NCBI GenBank assembly: GCA_964016885.1
Contig: OZ024745.1
Span: forward strand, 85,498,001-85,562,000
Length of the DNA stretch: 64,000 nt
Direction: 5' to 3'
Source: Eledone cirrhosa
Taxonomy: Eukaryota
In this document: in pieces, positions 41,068 to 57,111 of the stretch
Layout: the number at the start of each line of letters is the position of its first letter
Numbering within the stretch: position 1 is the stretch's first letter
Notes under the pieces: generated by a model
What the model was told of the DNA's origin: nothing
Seen by the model: the letters and a program-made list of their open reading frames with translations, nothing else
The model's database searches: none
Translations under genes and position numbers: made by a program

Positions 41068-41128
41068 AGGGCCATCCAGATATCATGTGGAAACCGCGAA
41101 CCAAACATGGTCACATCTGGATGGCTCC
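41068..41128. mobile_element. Possible minimal PIF/Harbinger-like MITE
   Basis: GCCATCCAGAT...ATCTGGATGGC inverted ends with TAA on both sides. Confidence 0.4.
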
Positions 41129-41574
41129 TAAGCATCCCCTCCACATGGCGAGGACATGGGTCATCGTCGTGGAGCACTCACCTATTTTAAAAATATTAGA
41201 TTATGATAAATGAATTTAGTTAAAAATACAATTTGAAATATATTAGATAATAGAGAGAGACTCGTAATTACCTCCTCATGTAATTACATCGTAATTACCT
41301 CCCCTAGCGTCACGCTTACTACTCACTCACTTGAACACAAGATTTATCAGCAAACTTTGATTATAAACTTTTTCCCGCAGGACCAAATTTCTATATTTTT
41401 AAGCCACAAGATGCGTAATGATCTACTGTTCATGCTCATATAAGTTTTATCTCAGTGAAATAAAGTAAAGCCGCGCTGTACTGTCGTAAACAGACGATTG
41501 CCAACGAAAACAATATTACTAAACGGACTACCGTCCGTTAAGGATGTATATGTTATATATATATATATTATATA

Positions 41575-41617
<43 letters not shown>

Positions 41618-41619
41618 AT

Positions 41620-41653
<34 letters not shown>

Positions 41654-41697
41654 ATAAATTATATATATATATATTATATATATATATTATATATATA

Positions 41698-41770
41698 GGA
41701 ACGAGTAGGACCCGACGGCTGACCTCAAGCCGTCGGGGTCCTATTCGTTCCTGTTACCCACTTCCTTCGT

Positions 41771-41772
<2 letters not shown>
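41698..41772. mobile_element. Minimal foldback of PLE family A termini
   Basis: GGAACGAGTAGGACCCGACGGCT-loop-AGCCGTCGGGGTCCTATTCGTTCC plus an internally deleted tail. Confidence 0.85.
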
Positions 41773-41833
<61 letters not shown>

Positions 41834-41877
41834 ATATATTATATATATATATATATTATATATATATATTATATATA

Positions 41878-42004
<127 letters not shown>

Positions 42005-42112
42005 ATATATTATATATATATATATATATATATTACATATATATATTAAATATATAGATATATTATATATATTATATATATATATATATTATATATATAT
42101 ATAATATATATA

Positions 42113-42214
42113 TATTTATTAAAATAACAGATTAAAGTTTAGGCAAAGAATCGCTGCTTTCACTCTTATCGAGCCCTCTTTAGATTTTAGTCTTCAAAAT
42201 TATTATTATTACTA
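42113..42214. mobile_element. Minimal two-ended remnant of PLE family B
   Basis: Inverted short end (42113-42163) fused to the long tail end (42164-42214). Confidence 0.85.
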
Positions 42215-42309
42215 TATAATATATATATATATATATTATATACATATATATATTATATACATATATATATATTATATATATATTATATATATATATTATA
42301 TATATATAT

Positions 42310-42356
<47 letters not shown>

Positions 42357-42482
42357 AATATATGTATGTATAAATATATATATATATAAATATAATTATA
42401 TATATAAATATATATATATATATAATATATATATATATATGATATATATATATGTATATAAATATATATATATAATAAATAT

Positions 42483-42549
<67 letters not shown>

Positions 42550-42683
42550 AATATGTATAATAGATATATATATAATATATATATACATATAATATATATA
42601 TAAATATATAATATATATATAAATATAATATATATGGAATATATATATATATAATATATATATATATATAATATATATATGTA

Positions 42684-42726
<43 letters not shown>

Positions 42727-42951
42727 ATATTACATATATATATTATATATATATATATATTTTATATATATATATTACATATATATATATTATATATATA
42801 TATATATATTATATATATATAGATATCTATTATATATATATATTATATATATATTTATGCATATATTATATTTATATATATATTATTTATTTATATATAT
42901 ATTATATGTATATATATATTATATATATATATCTATTATATATATATATAT

Positions 42952-43011
<60 letters not shown>

Positions 43012-43019
43012 ATATTTAT

Positions 43020-43050
<31 letters not shown>

Positions 43051-43059
43051 ATATATATC

Positions 43060-43094
<35 letters not shown>

Positions 43095-43118
43095 ATAAAT
43101 ATATATATATATATTTAT

Positions 43119-43149
<31 letters not shown>

Positions 43150-43158
43150 GATATATAT

Positions 43159-43242
<84 letters not shown>

Positions 43243-43490
43243 GTGAGGTTTTTTTTACAAAATGAAAAATAACCGAGGTGTCTTACACGAGTGAAAGTAT
43301 AAAGAAAAAAAGATGAAATCGAAAATGCAACTGGAGTCTTTTTTTTTTTTTCAATATATATATTTATTTCGTTCCTTTAACGGTTTCGCAGTTCTTCTGC
43401 TTTTCAAAAGTAGAGTTGAGATGGAGGGTTTGTGGTTTTTCTCATATATATATACATATATATATATATATTATATATAAATATATATAT

Positions 43491-43575
<85 letters not shown>

Positions 43576-43664
43576 ATATTAAATATATATATATTATATA
43601 TAATATATATATATATAATATATATATATATAGAATATTTATATATATACAATATATATAATAT

Positions 43665-43709
<45 letters not shown>

Positions 43710-43809
43710 TATATATAATATATATATATATATAATATATATAATACATATATATATATTATATATATATATATATAATATATATATATATATAATATAT
43801 ATATATAAT

Positions 43810-43854
<45 letters not shown>

Positions 43855-43872
43855 TATATTTATATATAATAT

Positions 43873-43917
<45 letters not shown>

Positions 43918-44003
43918 AATATATATATATATATATTTATAAATATATATATTTATATATATATATAAATATATATATATAAATATATATATATATGTAT
44001 AAA

Positions 44004-44295
44004 TGGGAGAGATGACCCCTTAGCCTTTGTCAAGGCAGAATTCTAGGAGAAGGAAAACTCTGATATAACACCTGCAACCCTTATGGTATCCAATGATGTT
44101 GACTTGTTCTTCTTTTTGGTAAATATCATCTTGGTTAAGAGAGTGGGACTAGCTTTGGGCAGTGTTTGTATCAGACAGAGTTTTCAAGTCGCTGGCTTGA
44201 CTAAAAAGTCACACTCATTCAGCGCATCGTTAGGGGTTCTCCTACATGGATATAAAGTAGTGGCCGTACTCGAAAACGCGTTGGCAGCCACCATA
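44004..44295. mobile_element. Possible RTE 5'-UTR-derived fragment
   Basis: CTAGGAGAAGGAAAACTCTGA at 44043-44063, a motif I associate with RTE 5' ends. A related GAAAACTCTG lies on the minus strand near 44180. Confidence 0.4.
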
Positions 44296-44323
44296 TGTAT
44301 AAATATATATATATATGTATACG

Positions 44324-44388
<65 letters not shown>

Positions 44389-44394
44389 TAAATA

Positions 44395-44516
<122 letters not shown>

Positions 44517-44517
44517 T

Positions 44518-44550
<33 letters not shown>

Positions 44551-44719
44551 GATATATATATATATATATATATAAGAATTAAAATACTAGAGTGTGTTGG
44601 AGTTACACACCCTCTTCGTATTATAGAAATGACAGTAAAAGTATAGCTCAATGTAATTAAACAGAGCCTAATAATTATGAAAATAAACCAAAGAAGCCTT
44701 CAATACATCAAAAGTCTAT

Positions 44720-44766
44720 ATTAGTCAACAATGTTTCGTCCTATTAAGGACTCATCAGGGCAATTA
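44720..44766 (-). ncRNA. Minimal hammerhead ribozyme, family G
   Basis: Reverse strand: CTGATGA GTCCT TAAT AGGAC GAAA CATTG TT. Canonical core, imperfect stem I. Confidence 0.72.
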
Positions 44767-46552
44767 AAGCTATAAGAAGCACTATCGGCCAATACAAGCC
44801 AAAGAACTCGGAAGAATATGGAGTGTACAAACAATAAAGTATAGGAAAATATCAAGTAAAAATTGCTAAGGGAGTGAATTACATTTTGAACCATATTACA
44901 AATATAGTCCAATGCAAAAACTAAAGCTAAACAAAGGTGGTAATATAGAGCGGGAATTATTGTACTATATATAATATAATATAATATAATATAATATAAT
45001 ATAATATAATATAATATAATATAATTGATAATAATAATAATAATATTAAAAGGCCCAATATACATATATATATATATACATATATACACACATATACATA
45101 TATATCAATACACATTTCCATCAATTCAAGCACAAACTAACCCTTATTAAGAGTTTATATATAAATAATAATAATAATAATAATAAGAAGAAGAAAAATA
45201 AAGATAAAAATAAAGATAAAAATATAATACATATATTATTTAGAGTATAAAATGAAGAATAAATGAAGAATAAATGATTAAAAGTAAACATATAATATAT
45301 AATAAAACTATATAATTATATAATAGATAATCTCCGGTTAATTTGCACAAACAATATAAATGTTACAATAACACTATAATAACAATGTTATAATATAATG
45401 GCATATAACTTAACAAATCATATAGAGTTACAGACCGGGTGAGAAAAAATATTGTACAGAACTAAATTATGTTGGAAAAATTTATGTTGGAAAAATATCA
45501 AAACCATTGCAAGAAAAACAAATGGAGGTCAAATTTCTATACAATTGGTGTAAATAAATATTATCCAAACATTACAAAAATTATAAAAATACAAACATAT
45601 TACAGAATTTACAAAATTTAACATAACATAATGGTACATTTAATAATCGGTAAATAATAAAGATCAGTAGTACGTTTACAAAGAGTGGAATGATATAAAA
45701 CTTCAATATAAAATATTGAACATAGTATAATATACATAATTAAGTGGTTGGTGGACAGACATTTGTGAATAAGTGAATGAGAACCTGACAGAAAACTACG
45801 CACGGTAGTATAAATATATAAATAAAATCAACCGGAAATCTAAAAACAAAAACAAAAGTTTTTACTTAGGTGTCACATGCAGTTAAGTAAAAAATTTAGG
45901 AAACAAACCCGGATAAATGACTAGAAAACCCCATTAAATTAATTATTATTGAAAGTATCTATAATACATAATAAGTCAATACAAAATTAGCTATGGTTTA
46001 AATAATCAAAATCCCTAAATTATCAGATATGACTATAAAAACATCTGGAAAAGAATGAAATATTCAACTATCAGTTGAATAACGTTATCTACTAAACAGA
46101 CTTTAAATAGAATTATGGTAGGCCAATGGGGACAGAAAAAAGAAATGTATGGAGAATACGAAGGAGCATAAAATCATAATCCATATACTGTATAATACAA
46201 TAGAAAGGAGCAAAAAAGGGAATAGAGTATAATTATAGTATATTTGAAGGGGCGAATGACAAGTGTGTGAGTGGGGGAAAAAGGGGCGGGGTTAGTTATC
46301 CAAAGAAGAATCCAAATAGAATGAAATAATATAAAATAATATAAAATAATATAAAATAAAATATATAATCAGATATAAACTCTTAATGTGTTAATAATGA
46401 AAATATAATATTTAAGAAGATAGATATGGTATGGTAACCAAAAGACTATGAATGCTAGAATGAAAAGCTGTTAAAAACAAATAATAATAATGATGATAAT
46501 GATGGTGGTAAACAAAATGAACCTAATCTAAAAAGATAAGGGAATATAGCAG

Positions 46553-46859
46553 CTAATGGATACAATTTACACTACTAGAACCTTTAGGTTTATAATAAAA
46601 GTAAGAATTTGAAATGGCGTGGGGGCAAGAAGAGAATATCTCAGACTTTCTATTAAGTAAGGTTTCCCTAGAGAAAATTATAGAGTGGGTCTCAAGGATA
46701 CAGAGATTACAAAATCTAGTATCTTTTGAAAGGTTATTAGAGCGTGCTACTATACGCCAATTAAGGCTATATGGTATATTATCCCCCTTAAGATCCCAGA
46801 TATGGTTCACTAGAGAAGTAGAATTCTTAAACTTAACATGTTTAAAATTAGAGATATGA
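46553..46859 (-). pseudogene. PLE GIY-YIG endonuclease C-terminal fragment
   Basis: HISNFKH..STSLVNHIWDLK..WRIVARS..CNLCILE..LLNRKSEIFSSCPH. Confidence 0.88.
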
Positions 46860-46917
46860 GAATTATATAAATATATATATATATATAATAAATATATATA
46901 TATATATATATAAATAT

Positions 46918-46948
<31 letters not shown>

Positions 46949-46982
46949 TTATTATATATATATATTATATATATATATATGT

Positions 46983-47014
<32 letters not shown>

Positions 47015-47069
47015 ATTATATATATATATATATAGTATATATATATATATATATAATATGTATATATAT

Positions 47070-47134
<65 letters not shown>

Positions 47135-47194
47135 TATATATAATATATATATATATATAATATATATATATGTATATAATGTATATATGTATAT

Positions 47195-47258
<64 letters not shown>

Positions 47259-47410
47259 ATTATATATATATATATATAATATATATATGTAATATATATA
47301 TATATAATATATATGTATATATAATATATATATATAATATATATATATAATATATATATATAATATATATATATTAGATATATATATATTATATATATAT
47401 ATTATATATA

Positions 47411-47459
47411 TTTATTAGAATAACAGATTAAAGTTTAAGCAAATTTATTATTATTACTA
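47411..47459. mobile_element. 49-bp two-ended remnant of PLE family B
   Basis: TTTATTAGAATAACAGATTAAAGTTTAAGCAAA joined to TTTATTATTATTACTA. Confidence 0.75.
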
Positions 47460-47541
47460 TATTATATATATATATATAATATATATATATATATACATTA
47501 TATATATATATATATATTATATATATATCTATCTATATAAA

Positions 47542-47994
47542 TACGGTATTAAATAAATGGAAACTATATTTATAAAACCATATTTATTTCATTATATATA
47601 TTTCAGGGATATCATATTAACAATATGTTATGCCTTCCTCACACAAAATACAATATAGACAGTTTTATAGATAAATAGATTTGACATACCGTTCAACATC
47701 GACTTGTATTTGAAAAAGTTGATTTGGCAGTCTTTTTCAATTACAAGTCGATGTTGAACGGTATGTCAAATCTATTTATCTATAAAACTGTCTATATTGT
47801 ATTTTGTCTGAGGAAGGCATAACATATTGTTAATATGATATCCCTGAAATATATATAATGAAATAAATGTGGTTTTATAAATATAGTTTCCATTTATTTA
47901 ATATCGTAAATATAATCCAAATAATTGTTGAGTGCTTTTATATCAGTTATAAATATTTACTAGTTGTAACCCAACAATTTAAATATAACTTTCC
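47542..47994. mobile_element. PLE family C pLTR-only foldback
   Basis: 47542-47731 is inverted against 47732-47907, then the tail runs to 47994. HHRs at 47578-47658 (minus, core GTGAGGA) and 47792-47872 (plus, CTGAGGA). Confidence 0.88.
47792..47872 (+). ncRNA. Type I hammerhead ribozyme, family C
   Basis: CTGAGGA AGG...CCT GAAA TATATA TA. Confidence 0.78.
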
Positions 47995-48065
47995 ATATAT
48001 ATATAAATATATATTACATATATATATTATATATATATTATATATATTAAATATATATATTATAT

Positions 48066-48144
<79 letters not shown>

Positions 48145-48424
48145 TATACATATATATATTATATACATATATAAATATTATATATATATATTATATATAT
48201 ATATATAAATATTATATATATATTATATATATATATGTATTATATATATACATATATATATTATATATATATATATATATTATATATATATATATATACT
48301 ATATATATATATATATATATTATATATATTGTATATATATATATATTTATATATATATATATTATATATATATATACATATATATTATATATATATATAT
48401 ATTATATATATATATATATTTTAT

Positions 48425-48474
<50 letters not shown>

Positions 48475-48661
48475 ATTATATATATATTATATATATATAT
48501 TATATATATATATTATATAAATATATATATTATATATAAAGGTTTACATATATACATACGTGTTTTGCAACAATCTGGTGATTCTATAGAGATGTTTTAT
48601 GATATATATATTATATGTATATATATTATATATATATATACATATATTATATATATATATT

Positions 48662-48693
<32 letters not shown>

Positions 48694-48752
48694 TATATAT
48701 ATATATTATATTATATATATATATATTATATTATATATATATATATATATTA

Positions 48753-51700
48753 TAGTAATAATAATAAAATTGAAGACTAAAATCCAAAGAGGGCTCGATG
48801 AGGAAAATATATATCAAATATATAAGAACCGTAGAGCAAATATTTATTAAAATAACAGATTAAAGTTTAAGCAAAGAATCGCTGCTTTCACCCTTAACGG
48901 GATCTTCTGAAACTAACAAAGTCAATCTGTAAACGCAGAACTGGATATTTAAAAAAACGTTGCAACCGGAGGAAGACAGGAAGACGATACTTTGGTTCGT
49001 GGTAACGTTCGCTGGCAAAGAACGGGAAAAAACGAATAATACGTCATTAATAGGAGCGGTGAAAAACAATTACGCACAAAGACCAAACCACGTTTATGGT
49101 ATAAAAGAGGTCGTAGACTAATGTTCTCTTAGGTGGTGCATAGAGACGTTCTCTGGCAATGAACGAAAAAACAAAGATAATAAGTAATTATGTGGAGCGT
49201 GGAGAACAATAGCACGCAAAGACAAAACCACGTAAATGGTATAGCAGAAATCGTAGACTAAATTCTAACTAGGAGACCAAATGAATCTCCGCTACAGAGT
49301 TAAGAACAAAGTAAATAAATACAATACAGAAGTAATAGAAACAAATAAATACATACACGCAAACAGATACGTACATACACAAGCATACGCAAAACCTTAC
49401 CATGGGTATACAAAACCACGCACATATAAATATCTGTGTGTGTGTATGCTTGTGTACAAATAATAAATAATTATATAAACGTATATAAGTACATAAATAC
49501 GTATATAACAAGCGCACACGCATACCTACATATAAATACACGAATGTTCGGAGACGTAAGTCAACTAAAACAAGTACACATATACACACACCCACCATAC
49601 GTACGAACCTGCACACTTACGCGGACGCAAAACTCCCGTATACGCATAGCCAAACCCTAAATACCAGAATATGTAAACATTATACGCTATAACAGTCAAA
49701 TATACGTACGAGAAGGTATACATACCTTCACAAAACATACGGGTAATATATACTTACCTATGCAAATAAGTAAAGGAATAAACAAAACATATACTTAGCT
49801 CCCACATCAAGACGTAAAATATCCACGTATAGATGGTGCTATCCGTTAGGGCATAACGTGAGGCTGTAATACAGGAAAGTTTTGAGCAATTTATGTTTAC
49901 AAGCCGAAATTGCCTCAGATTTTTTGTTTAAGATGTGGTCTGTAGCGTAGAGAATTTCCAGGGCCTCAGCGGCGCAGAGGTCACATGGTCTTTTATTTCC
50001 GTTATACGATCTAGCCCTAGCTAGGATCTCCCAGTGTAACTTATATTGGGTGTGGTTGTCTTTTAGACTCCAGATATAAGCTGAAAGTGACGTCATATTC
50101 CTTCTTAGAGGGTAACGAAAAGAATGGGTATGCATGTAAAGACGCTGCTTGAAACTATTGGCGGTTAACCCTATGTAGCCCCTACAGGACGTGGGTGTTA
50201 CAACCTTACATTTGTAGACAATGTTACTAGAGAGGCATTTCCCGGATAGGGGGCAATCAGCCCGATTCCTACAATTACAGTTAGTACTAACTACAGGGTT
50301 GCACGTGTTCCTACGGCTAGGTAGTTTAGCTAAATTTGAAGCTGTGATGTTATGTGCAAGGTTAGGAGTCGTAGAGTAAGAAATTTTAATAGTATTTCTA
50401 TTAAAAATTTTACTATATTTATGTGTAGGGGAAAATGCTTCGTAATAAGGGAAAGAAAGATCTTAGCTAATGGTGTGGCCACCTCCATATTATATGGTGG
50501 GTTAAACCAACAAATGCGACGGGATCTATTTCTTCTAGGTCTATATTCGTACTCTGTACGAGATCAGCACTTAGTCATGGTCAAAAGACCATCGTCACGG
50601 TACAAACCACCGCCCGCGTTGGGGAATTCGTCATTGATAGAGAAAAGAAGGAAAAGGCCAATAAGATCAGTAACCTCCACAGAGTCACTGGCGCCCATAC
50701 TCACGTCGAATGGGGTACTATTGGATTTTTTAATCCAAATAGAGTCGTCGAAATTAATCACCGACTTTCGGGCATTAAGGATGACATCAACTTCAAAATC
50801 CTTAACCACTGTGAGTGTTTTAGCGAAATTGATAGCTCTAAGGAGAAGTGGTAAGGTGATGGAGGAGTAGTAATTGTTGATGTCGAATTGGATAAAACGA
50901 CAATGTTCCTTGTACATATGCCGTTGAACCAATCAATCACCGCGAAAGAATTGTTCCACAGTGCGAGAGGGGCCAAACTTCTAATTTCAGGTATAATTCT
51001 ATCAAGAATCGTTTTACTAAGTCTACCTAAATCGGACTTCGTAGGGTTAATAAGCCGAATAGAGGGGCTGTTCGGAAAATTGGATTTGTGATCCTTCAGG
51101 GTAAAGTGGGGAGAGATAGGGTCCAGAGGTTCGGTCCGGTCCAGGATGTTGAGATCAGATGTGATTTTAAACCCAGCATCGTTGATTTCATTGATGACGC
51201 ACCGATTAGTTTTACGGAAATCCTTAGTTACAGCATTATGTAATAGTTGATGGTAAGTACTGCGCTCCACTTGATATAGGTTGCCAGTTTTGTCGGAATG
51301 GACGTGTACGGCGTTAGAATCCTTAATAGAACGAATTCTATTCTTCAGGTCTTGCTGGAAGGAATTGCTCCTATTCCGAAATTTGATATTCCGAATGAGT
51401 TCCAAGACATCATTTCCGAAGGGTAGCAATGCTGGGTTCCACGGAGGGTTATTATAAGTTTTAAATCTAAATTTATCCTGTTTGTTGTCTGCTTTTCGCG
51501 GATTATCGAAATAAAAGGCACGCCAACGCAACCTTTTAATGAACGCGTCTGTTTTCTGTATCAGGAGTTTTAGGTATGTTTTCCTGCTTGGTACGGGTAT
51601 GTTCTTTGTAGAAATATTCAGATGTTGTTTCTGCATGATGAATATAAGTCAGTAGAGTGCTCAACCGAAGGAGCCAAATAGTAATAATAATAAAATTGAA

Positions 51701-51990
51701 GACTAAAATCCAAAGAGGGCTCGATAAGGAAAATATATATCAAATATATAAGAACCGTAGAGCAAATATTTATTAAAATAACAGATTAAAGTTTAAGCAA
51801 AGAATCGCTGCTTTCACCCTTAACGGGATCTTCTGAAACTAACAAAGTCAATCTGTAAACGCAGAACTGGATATTTAAAAAAACGTTGCAACCGGAGATA
51901 GACAGGAAGACGATACTTTGGTTCGTGGAAACGTTCGCTGGCTAAGAACGGGAAAAAACGAATATCATACGTCATTAATTTTAATAAATA
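48753..51990 (-). mobile_element. PLE family B, copy 2 with internal deletion
   Basis: Colinear with 35986-39336, lacking about 330 bp after GLYRDDGLLTMTKC. HHR-like motifs at 48855-48930 and 51781-51856. Confidence 0.93.
49839..51636 (-). pseudogene. PLE RT plus GIY-YIG endonuclease (frameshift and deletion)
   Basis: ORF pieces 50758-51636, 50564-50932 and 49839-50135 match family B copy 1. Confidence 0.92.
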
Positions 51991-52013
51991 TATTTATATA
52001 TATATTACATATA

Positions 52014-52074
52014 GGGCGGAGCCCCAGCATGGCCTCAGCCGGATGGCTGAAACAGGTAAAGGAGTAAAAGAGTA
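52014..52074 (+). mobile_element. 60-bp 3' stub of the CR1-like LINE
   Basis: Matches the reverse complement of 23841-23909. Confidence 0.85.
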
Positions 52075-52205
52075 TATATTACATATATATATATTATATA
52101 TATATATATATAATATATATATATATATATTATATATATTTATATATATATATTATATGTATATATATATTATATATATATATATTATATATATATATGT
52201 ATATA

Positions 52206-52276
<71 letters not shown>

Positions 52277-52831
52277 AATATATATATTTATTATATATAT
52301 ATTTATATATATATATATCATATATATATATATTATATATATATATATATATATATTTATATAGTTTTGTGAGGTTTTTTATATGAAATCGTGTGTCGAA
52401 ACAGATATTGTTATACTTGGGGAGGGTCATATTTGCGTAATATTGCCAGAATTAATAACAGAACACACTCACTGTTTGGTTGGTTTTCGCTTCTCGCTGT
52501 CTTTTATATCTGCGATCTAACTTACTCGGTCCTCAATGTTGCCATTGACTGACCGGCGGTCAAAAATAATACAGATACAATATAGACACAAACACATCTA
52601 TATATATATATATAGTTTACATAATTTACATAAATCTTTCGTTGCACATCTGCAACATCGTCAGTGGTGTTATATTCATTGTTCCTCCTGTTGTGTTGTG
52701 TGTCTACGCCATTTTTTATTCAGTCTGTCTATATATTTATTTATTTATTTGCTTGTTTGTTTATCTTATTTTATTTTGTCTTCTTTGCGCATGCGTTTGC
52801 GTGTGTGTATAGTGTTATGTGTGATGTGTGA

Positions 52832-54644
52832 CTGAAAGAGCTGAGGAAAAAATACAAGGTAGCAGATAAGACCGAACTTGTGAAAATGAATGTTGAAGCA
52901 TCTTGTATAATGCATGAGTTGGAAATTGAGAACAGAACACAACCTTTCGTGCCCAGGAAACCGAAGATCAATATGAAGGACCACAAGAGGAATTTTGAGA
53001 TTGACCTGCCAGTTAGATTGATCGCACCTTCAAAATCGGACCTGGGCAAATTAAGCAAAAACATTCTTGACAGGGTGATACTGCAAATTAAGAACTTGGA
53101 TTATGTATCTAACCTGAGCTTGTGGAAGGGAACTGGAGAGGTTGTTGAGTGGTTTAGGCAAATTAAATATGACAATAATAATAGGTTTATTCAACTTGAT
53201 ATAGCTAACTATTATTCTTCTATTACCCCTAGTCTACTAAATAAGGCACTAAATTACGCATTCAAACATACGGACCTAACTAGCAAAGAAATGCATATTA
53301 TATTATCGGCTAGGAAAACTTTGATAGAATTTGATGACAAATTATGGACCAGAGCAGATAGAGATAGCAATTTTGACATAACTATGGGATCTTCCGACTC
53401 AGCTCAAGTAACTGACCTTGTGGGCTTATTTTTAATCAATTCGCTACATAGGAAAATACCTGGTACTACCGGAGGTTTATATAGGGATGACATGCTTTTA
53501 CTTATTAATAATAATAACCCTGAACTAAATAGAAAATGTAAACAAATTACAAAATTTTTTAATTACTTTAACCTTAAAATAGAAATTGAGAACAACCATA
53601 GAATAGTCAATTTCCTAGATATAACATTAAATCTCAACACATGTCTCCACTATCCTTTTCACAAGTTGAATGAAAACTTAAACTATGTCAACTTTAACTC
53701 TAACCACCCCAGATCTGTCAAAAACACTATAGTAAACTCAGTCCAAAAACGTATCTCTAGGATCTCGTCGAATAGAAAGATTTTTGACGAAAAGGCCCAA
53801 TACTATAATGATGCACTAGCTAGGGCAGGCTATGCTGATAAGATTGTGTACATAGATAATGATAAACAAACTAAACAAAGTAACAACTTTTTTAATTATG
53901 GCAACAACATTAACAACCATAATAGAAAGCATTACAATAATTCCAAAAGACAAAAAAGAAATAGAACTAGGAACATAATTTGGTTTGCCCCCCCCCCCTT
54001 TCTCACTAAACATTAAAACCCACATCGCTAAATTATTTTTCAAAGCTCTTGATAATCGCTTCCCTAGAACACATAGGTACCACTCAATCTTCAATAGGCA
54101 TACAATTAAATTAACCTACTCATCCACCAAAAATTTAGCACAAAATATTAATAGAATAAATAATAGGAACTTAAAACCTACTGATAATAGCATAAATAAT
54201 ATACAAGTTAACAAATGTAACTGTAGAGATAGATCTAAATGTCCGTTAAATAACAACTGCTTAGTTAAAAATATAGTATACAATTGTAATGTTAATACTG
54301 ACTCTAATTCTTTTAACTACGTCGGTTCCACATCGACGGAATTTAAACTTCGCTACAATAACCACAAGAATTCTTTCACAGATCCAAATAAAAAATCTTC
54401 AACGGCACTATCAGGTGTACTCTGGCAACTTAAGCTAGATAACGTTAGATATTCGACGGCTTGGAATATAGTCTCAAGAGGGATTCCTTTTAATTCATCC
54501 TCTGAGACATGTGACCTCTGCGCAGAGGAGATATTCTTTATACTAAAATCTAAAAATTCCCTTAACCTACGGACAAATTTATTCAGTTGTTGCAAACATA
54601 GATTAAACTCAACGTTTAAATATAAATTTAAATTTAAAATGTAG
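52832..54644 (+). pseudogene. PLE RT plus GIY-YIG endonuclease (truncated; frameshift in a poly-C run near 53990)
   Basis: ORFs 52880-54016 and 53985-54644. The homopolymer frameshift may be a sequencing error. Confidence 0.92.
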
Positions 54645-55810
54645 TATATTTAGTTTGATTTATATTTATATGAGAACTAGCCGATAAATCTTTTGATTCC
54701 TAAATCTTTGATTCCCTCTTTTTACTCTTTTTTATTGTTTATTTTATTTTATTTATTTTTATTTTTATTTTTATTTTTATTTTTATTTTTATTTTTATTT
54801 TTATTTTTATTTTTATTTTTATTTTTATTTTTATTTTTATCTAAACATTCCTCATGAAAAATTAAGCTACCCTAAAAGCCGATGCTCCAAATTTTCTGAA
54901 TTAACCTTACACTTGATAAACTTATATATTAAATATAGGAACATATGTAGACATTATTGGACATCATAATCTTTTTTGCGATATTCCTTGCTAGATGTGA
55001 TTTGATAGATAATTTTTGGCTTTGTCTTGTAGTGAACTTGGCAATATATTGTCAATTAACCTTGAAGGGTTGTTCTTTGTGGTTTATTTTTATTTTCATT
55101 TTTATTTTTATTTTTATTTTTATTTTTATTTTCATTTTTATTTTTATTTTTATTTTTATTTTTATTCTTTTAGTATTGTAGTATTCTATAATATTTTTAT
55201 ATTTTTATTTTTTATTTTATTTTATTTTTATTTTTAATATTTATATATTTTTATATGTAAAATTTTTTTTTTATATGTAAATTTTTATTTTTAATATTTT
55301 TATTTTTTAATATTTTTAATATTTTTTATATGTAAAGTTTTAATACGTAATATTTTTAATACGTAGTATTTTTAATATGCAATATTTTTATTATTTAATA
55401 TTCTTTCGTAATATTCTTTTTTAGTTTTCTATTCTATATTTTTATATTTTTATATATTTTTACTTATTATCATTATTATTGTTATCTCTGCTTATAATAT
55501 AATATATATTTTCGATTAGTATATTGAAAATCTGCTCTCTATTTCTGCTTGATAGATAATCTTGTAGAGTAATCGCAAGAATAATAATACGCTCAAACTT
55601 TTATACCACATTGAGAATGTTTTCCGGGAACTTTGAATTTGCGGAGTGAATCAGTTGGATTCACATAGACATATGAATTTTTTTAAAAAACTAAACATAA
55701 GATAATGAATTTTCACGCATTGTGAATACTTGTTTCATTCAGGAATACTGATATTTACAATATAGTGTAAGTTTTATAAATACTAATACATTAAAACATA
55801 GGGTTTTCTA
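52832..55810 (+). mobile_element. PLE family C, 5'-truncated copy 2
   Basis: Colinear with 10860-13556; (TTTTTA)n expansions in the 3' UTR. Confidence 0.92.
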
Positions 55811-55814
55811 CGCC

Positions 55815-57109
<1,295 letters not shown>

Positions 57110-57111
<2 letters not shown>

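Larger units (their letters stand above)
44575..46861 (-). mobile_element. PLE family G, 5'-truncated
   Basis: EN fragment 46859-46553, long AT-rich 3' UTR, HHR near the 3' end, (TA)n flanks. Confidence 0.82.

Noticed and set aside
48570-48602. Hammerhead in the 65-bp motif (CTGGTGA TTCTATAGAG)
   Set aside because: No GAAA box or stem III follows.
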